From Planctomycetota bacterium (lineage in GTDB: Bacteria > Planctomycetota > B15-G4): a stretch of 64,000 nucleotides of DNA. Below, in pieces: positions 60,926-64,000 of the stretch. Under the pieces are notes generated by a model. That model had not been told where the DNA came from and did not search any database. It was given only the letters and a program-made list of their open reading frames with translations. Position 1 is the first letter of the stretch. Each line of letters begins with the position of its first letter. The position numbers and the translations under genes are program-made. The stretch spans positions 96,001 to 160,000 of the forward strand of contig JBBQUR010000009.1 of the NCBI GenBank assembly GCA_038212275.1, in the 5' to 3' direction.

Positions 60926-61990
60926 GTGCCGTCCGATCCGCATCCCGTCACCGATTGCTGCGCACCGGCGTCCGCGCGGCCCGATCCTTCCGCTCCGACC
61001 GACGCGGACTGCCGTCGCGCAGTGCTCGACGTGTATGCCGCCGCGGCCACGGCGCCCGACAGCAGCCTGTGCTGCGTCGCGGGCACGCAATGGACGTTGC
61101 CCGGCCTGCACGTGCCGCCGGTGATGCACGAGATGAACTACGGTTGCGGCTCGACGGTGAACCCGGGCGATCTGTCGGGCACGCGGCCGATTCTCTACGT
61201 CGGCGTCGGCGGCGGGCTCGAGGCGCTGCAATTCGCGTACTTCCGGCGTCAGCCCGGCGGCGTGATCGCCGTGGATCCCGTCCCGGAGATGCGTGAGGCT
61301 GCCGCGCGCAACCTCGCGCTGGCCGCGGAGAGCAACCCCTGGTTCCGCCCGGAGTTCGTGAGCATTCTCGACGGCAGCGCGGAGGCCCTGCCCGTCGCGG
61401 ATGGCAGCGTGGACGTCGTCGCGCAGAACTGCCTTTTCAACGTCTTCGTGGACGGCGACCTGCGCGCCGCGCTCTCCGAGGTGCATCGCGTGCTCGCGCC
61501 CGGCGGCCGTTTCTCCACGAGCGATCCGATCGCGACGACGCCCATCCCCGAGGCGCTGCGCCGCAACACGACGCTGCGTGCGCGCTGCTGCTCCGGCTGC
61601 CGCACCTACGACGAGTATCTCGCGGCGCTGGCCGAGGCAGGCTTCACGCGCCTCGTCGTGCGCGCGCGACGCCCGTATCGCCTGCTCATGCCGCACGAAT
61701 TCCAGGAACTGTCCGCGCCGCTGCTGCTCGAAAGCATCGACCTGCTGGCCGTGCGCACCGGCGCTCCGACGGGCGCCGCGGACGCGGGATCCGCCCGCGC
61801 ACCGCTCGAGGTGTTCACCGGCCGCACCGCGATCAATGCCGGCGTCGCTCCGATCGAGTTGCGCCACGGCGTGCTGCTGCTGCCCGGCCAGCCGCTGCCC
61901 GTGTCCGATACCACGGCCGCGGAGCTCTCGCTGCGCAACGACGTGCTCGTCACGCCGCCCACATACCACGCCGAGCCGGGTTGCTGCTGA
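60926..61990 (+). CDS. arsM: Arsenite methyltransferase-like protein (cyanobacterial/arsenosugar ArsM type)
   Basis: LCCV, EMNYGCGSTV, LYVGVGGGLEALQFAYF, AQNCLFN, LRARC.SG, terminal GCC; GAGGAG RBS. Confidence 0.8.
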   Translation: MPSDPHPVTDCCAPASARPDPSAPTDADCRRAVLDVYAAAATAPDSSLCCVAGTQWTLPGLHVPPVMHEMNYGCGSTVNPGDLSGTRPILYVGVGGGLEALQFAYFRRQPGGVIAVDPVPEMREAAARNLALAAESNPWFRPEFVSILDGSAEALPVADGSVDVVAQNCLFNVFVDGDLRAALSEVHRVLAPGGRFSTSDPIATTPIPEALRRNTTLRARCCSGCRTYDEYLAALAEAGFTRLVVRARRPYRLLMPHEFQELSAPLLLESIDLLAVRTGAPTGAADAGSARAPLEVFTGRTAINAGVAPIELRHGVLLLPGQPLPVSDTTAAELSLRNDVLVTPPTYHAEPGCC

Positions 61991-61991
61991 G

Positions 61992-63107
61992 ATGAGCGAC
62001 GATGCCGCCTTCGCCCGCCTGCTCGTCGTCGGCGGATTTCTCGGCGCAGGCAAGACCACGGCGCTGCTGCGCCTCTCGCAGCTCTTCCACGACGAGGGCC
62101 GGCGCGTCGCGCTCATCACCAACGACCAGGCCGACAACCTCGTGGACACGGCCAGCCTGCGCGTGCGCGGCTTGCGTGTCGAGGAAGTCGCGGGCGCCTG
62201 CTTCTGCTGCAAGTTCGACGATCTCGCGCAGAAGGCCGAGCTGCTCGTCGCGCAGGAGCGCCCGGATGTGCTGCTCGCGGAGCCGGTGGGAAGCTGCACG
62301 GACCTCGCGGCCACGGTCATCGCGCCCTTCCGCCGGATCTACGCGGGCCGCATCGACGTCGCGCCGTATTCCGTGCTGGTGGACCCGGCTCGCGCGCGGC
62401 AGCTCGTGCTCGAGCGCGGCTTCGGCGGCTTCTCGGCCAAGGTCGCCTACATTTTCCTGAAGCAGCTCGAGGAGGCGGACGTCATCTGCGTGAGCAAGGC
62501 CGACCTGCTTGCGGGCGAGGCGCGTGCGACGTTGCTGGACGCGCTGGCGCGGGAGTTCCCGAAGGCCGCGGTGCTTGCGACTTCGAGCGTCACCGGCGAG
62601 GGCTTCGCTCGCTGGCGCGAGCTGCTCGGCAGCGGCGCGGCAGCGGGCACGCACATCGTGGATGTGGACTACGACACCTACGCCGAGGGCGAGGCAGAGC
62701 TGGGCTGGCTCAACATGGCGCTGCGCCTGGACGCCGAGGCGCCCTTCGAGGCCGATGCCCTGGCGACGGCGCTGGTCGCCGCGCTGGCCGGGCGGCTTGC
62801 GGCACGCGGCGCGCAGGTCGCGCACCTGAAGCTGCTCATCGAGGCGGATGGCCGCACGTCTGTCGCCAATGCCGTCGGTGGCGCGAGCGGCACGCGGCTG
62901 TCCGTGGCGTCGGGAGCGAGGACGCGTCGTGCGCAGCTCATCGTGAATGCCCGCGTGGCCATCGACCCGCAGGCGTTGCGCGCGCTGGCCGATGCGGTGC
63001 TCGTCGCCGAGCTCGCGCGCGTCGGCGTGCATTCCGCTCTCGTCGAGAGCGCGCACTTCCGCCCGGGCCGCCCGGTGCCCACGCACCGCGACGCCGCGAA
63101 CGCGTGA
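61992..63107 (+). CDS. CobW/HypB/UreG (G3E)-family GTPase
   Basis: GGFLGAGKTT, ITNDQ, GACFCC, AEPVGSCTD, KQLEEAD and SKAD motifs. Confidence 0.9.
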   Translation: MSDDAAFARLLVVGGFLGAGKTTALLRLSQLFHDEGRRVALITNDQADNLVDTASLRVRGLRVEEVAGACFCCKFDDLAQKAELLVAQERPDVLLAEPVGSCTDLAATVIAPFRRIYAGRIDVAPYSVLVDPARARQLVLERGFGGFSAKVAYIFLKQLEEADVICVSKADLLAGEARATLLDALAREFPKAAVLATSSVTGEGFARWRELLGSGAAAGTHIVDVDYDTYAEGEAELGWLNMALRLDAEAPFEADALATALVAALAGRLAARGAQVAHLKLLIEADGRTSVANAVGGASGTRLSVASGARTRRAQLIVNARVAIDPQALRALADAVLVAELARVGVHSALVESAHFRPGRPVPTHRDAANA

Positions 63108-63150
63108 CGCCGTGACGCCGTGACGCCGCGACGCCGCGACGCCGTCACGC
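63103..63150. repeat. 8-bp tandem repeat (CGTGACGC-like) x6 between convergent stops
   Basis: CGTGACGC x3, CGCGACGC x2, CGTCACGC; the first and last units contain the two stop codons. Confidence 0.9.
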
Positions 63151-63513
63151 GTGATAGAAGCGTTCGTGGACGATCCTGCCGCCGCGCCACCGTGCGCGTG
63201 ACACCTGCTCGAGGTGCACGCTCGTGCCGTCGTTGAGCACGAAGTCCGAGACGGACTCGACGAGGCTCGTGTCGCCCTCGACCGCGAGCGTCATGACCTC
63301 GTAGCGCTTCCACTGCTTCACCGATGCGATGAACTCGGCCTCACGCAGCTTGTTCGCGGGCAGGCCGACGCACGGCGTGCCGGAGTTCAGCTGCCGCTCG
63401 ACCTCGGGCGCGTAGAACTCGTCCATGGCTTCGGCGAGGCGCCCGTCCGCAAGGTAGCTCTGCAGGTCGGTGACGCGTTCGCTCGTATCCACTCGGGCGT
63501 TGCCGGCGGCCAT
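63145..63513 (-). CDS. SnoaL-like/NTF2-family protein
   Basis: EAMDEFYA, EQVSRARWRGGRIVHERFY; GAGGA RBS. Confidence 0.85.
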   Translation of the reverse strand: MAAGNARVDTSERVTDLQSYLADGRLAEAMDEFYAPEVERQLNSGTPCVGLPANKLREAEFIASVKQWKRYEVMTLAVEGDTSLVESVSDFVLNDGTSVHLEQVSRARWRGGRIVHERFYHA

Positions 63514-63610
63514 GGGTGAGTCCTCGGTGCGGGAGTTCGTCTGGACGGACAGGAGATGGTGCGGGAGGGCGCTGCTGCGGCCCTTGTGCTTGCGCGGTGA
63601 TTCAGCCGGT

Positions 63611-64000
63611 TCAGCCCGCGGGGCGCACTGCAGCCGGCGAGACGGCCGCCTGTGCGGCGGGGTCCTGCGTGCCGAGCTGCGCGGCGTCGGCCTGCGCGGC
63701 GGCCGCCGCCACCTGCGATGCCTGCGCCGTCGCGACCTCGGCCAGCGCCTGCTTGAGGATGGCGAAGGTGATGTACCACCCGATGACGAGCAGGATGACG
63801 CACTGCATGAGCGGCGCATCGGGGAGCACGGCGGTGTCCCACAGCCCGTGCAGCACCACGGCCACGATCCAGCGGCGCACGACGATGGGGTGGCGCAGCA
63901 GGTCCCACGTGAAAGGCTGCGTGCCACGCGCCTGCCAGAGCGCCGCGCCGATCATCGCGGTCCAGATGACATGGCCACCCGGCGAGAGCAGGCCGCGCCA
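63611..64000 (-). CDS. PrsW-family intramembrane metalloprotease (3' part; runs off the window)
   Basis: RGLLSPGGHVIWTAMIGAALW and AVVLHGLWD motifs. Confidence 0.8.
   Translation of the reverse strand, partial: WRGLLSPGGHVIWTAMIGAALWQARGTQPFTWDLLRHPIVVRRWIVAVVLHGLWDTAVLPDAPLMQCVILLVIGWYITFAILKQALAEVATAQASQVAAAAAQADAAQLGTQDPAAQAAVSPAAVRPAG

Noticed and set aside
61982..61994. Selenocysteine readthrough at the arsM Cys-Cys-TGA
   Set aside because: The next gene starts 1 nt later in another frame, a terminal CC fits this family as I recall it, and no SECIS was evident.

Overview
A very GC-rich bacterial chromosome segment of about 55 genes. The gene content (ASPIC/UnbV-FG-GAP protein with a dockerin-like repeat, HEAT/TPR exported proteins, OprO/P-type porin, HyfR-like activator) suggests a diderm, probably an uncultured Planctomycetota lineage; this is inference only. 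Most of the window is housekeeping: folP, ispH-cdaA-cdaR-glmM-tsaB-alr-manC, hutI/ftcD, queC, rpsO-pnp, tRNA-Thr(CGT), rsmG, 2-oxoacid:ferredoxin oxidoreductase, nadA, zwf-pgl and an M16 peptidase. No integrase, transposase, rRNA or CRISPR array was seen. The most notable signals are: (1) a 121-aa C-terminal domain shared (about 41% identity, ungapped) by two unrelated signal-peptide proteins, a candidate undescribed sorting or surface-display domain; (2) an orphan lipoprotein secretin coupled to a tandem mini-Skp-like protein and followed by an exported HEAT protein with a receiver-like segment; (3) a sigma54 regulon readable from sequence (three -24/-12 promoters, two matching palindromes at almost equal spacing) linking a porin, an SsuABC-type ABC transporter and a HyfR-like activator, next to an ArsM-type methyltransferase and a CobW-like GTPase; (4) a DUF4160/DUF2442 islet between folP and a decayed copy of the folP 3' half; (5) a PNPase with two S1 domains and an RGG tail; (6) many short tandem repeats in leaders, at convergent gene ends and inside tsaB.
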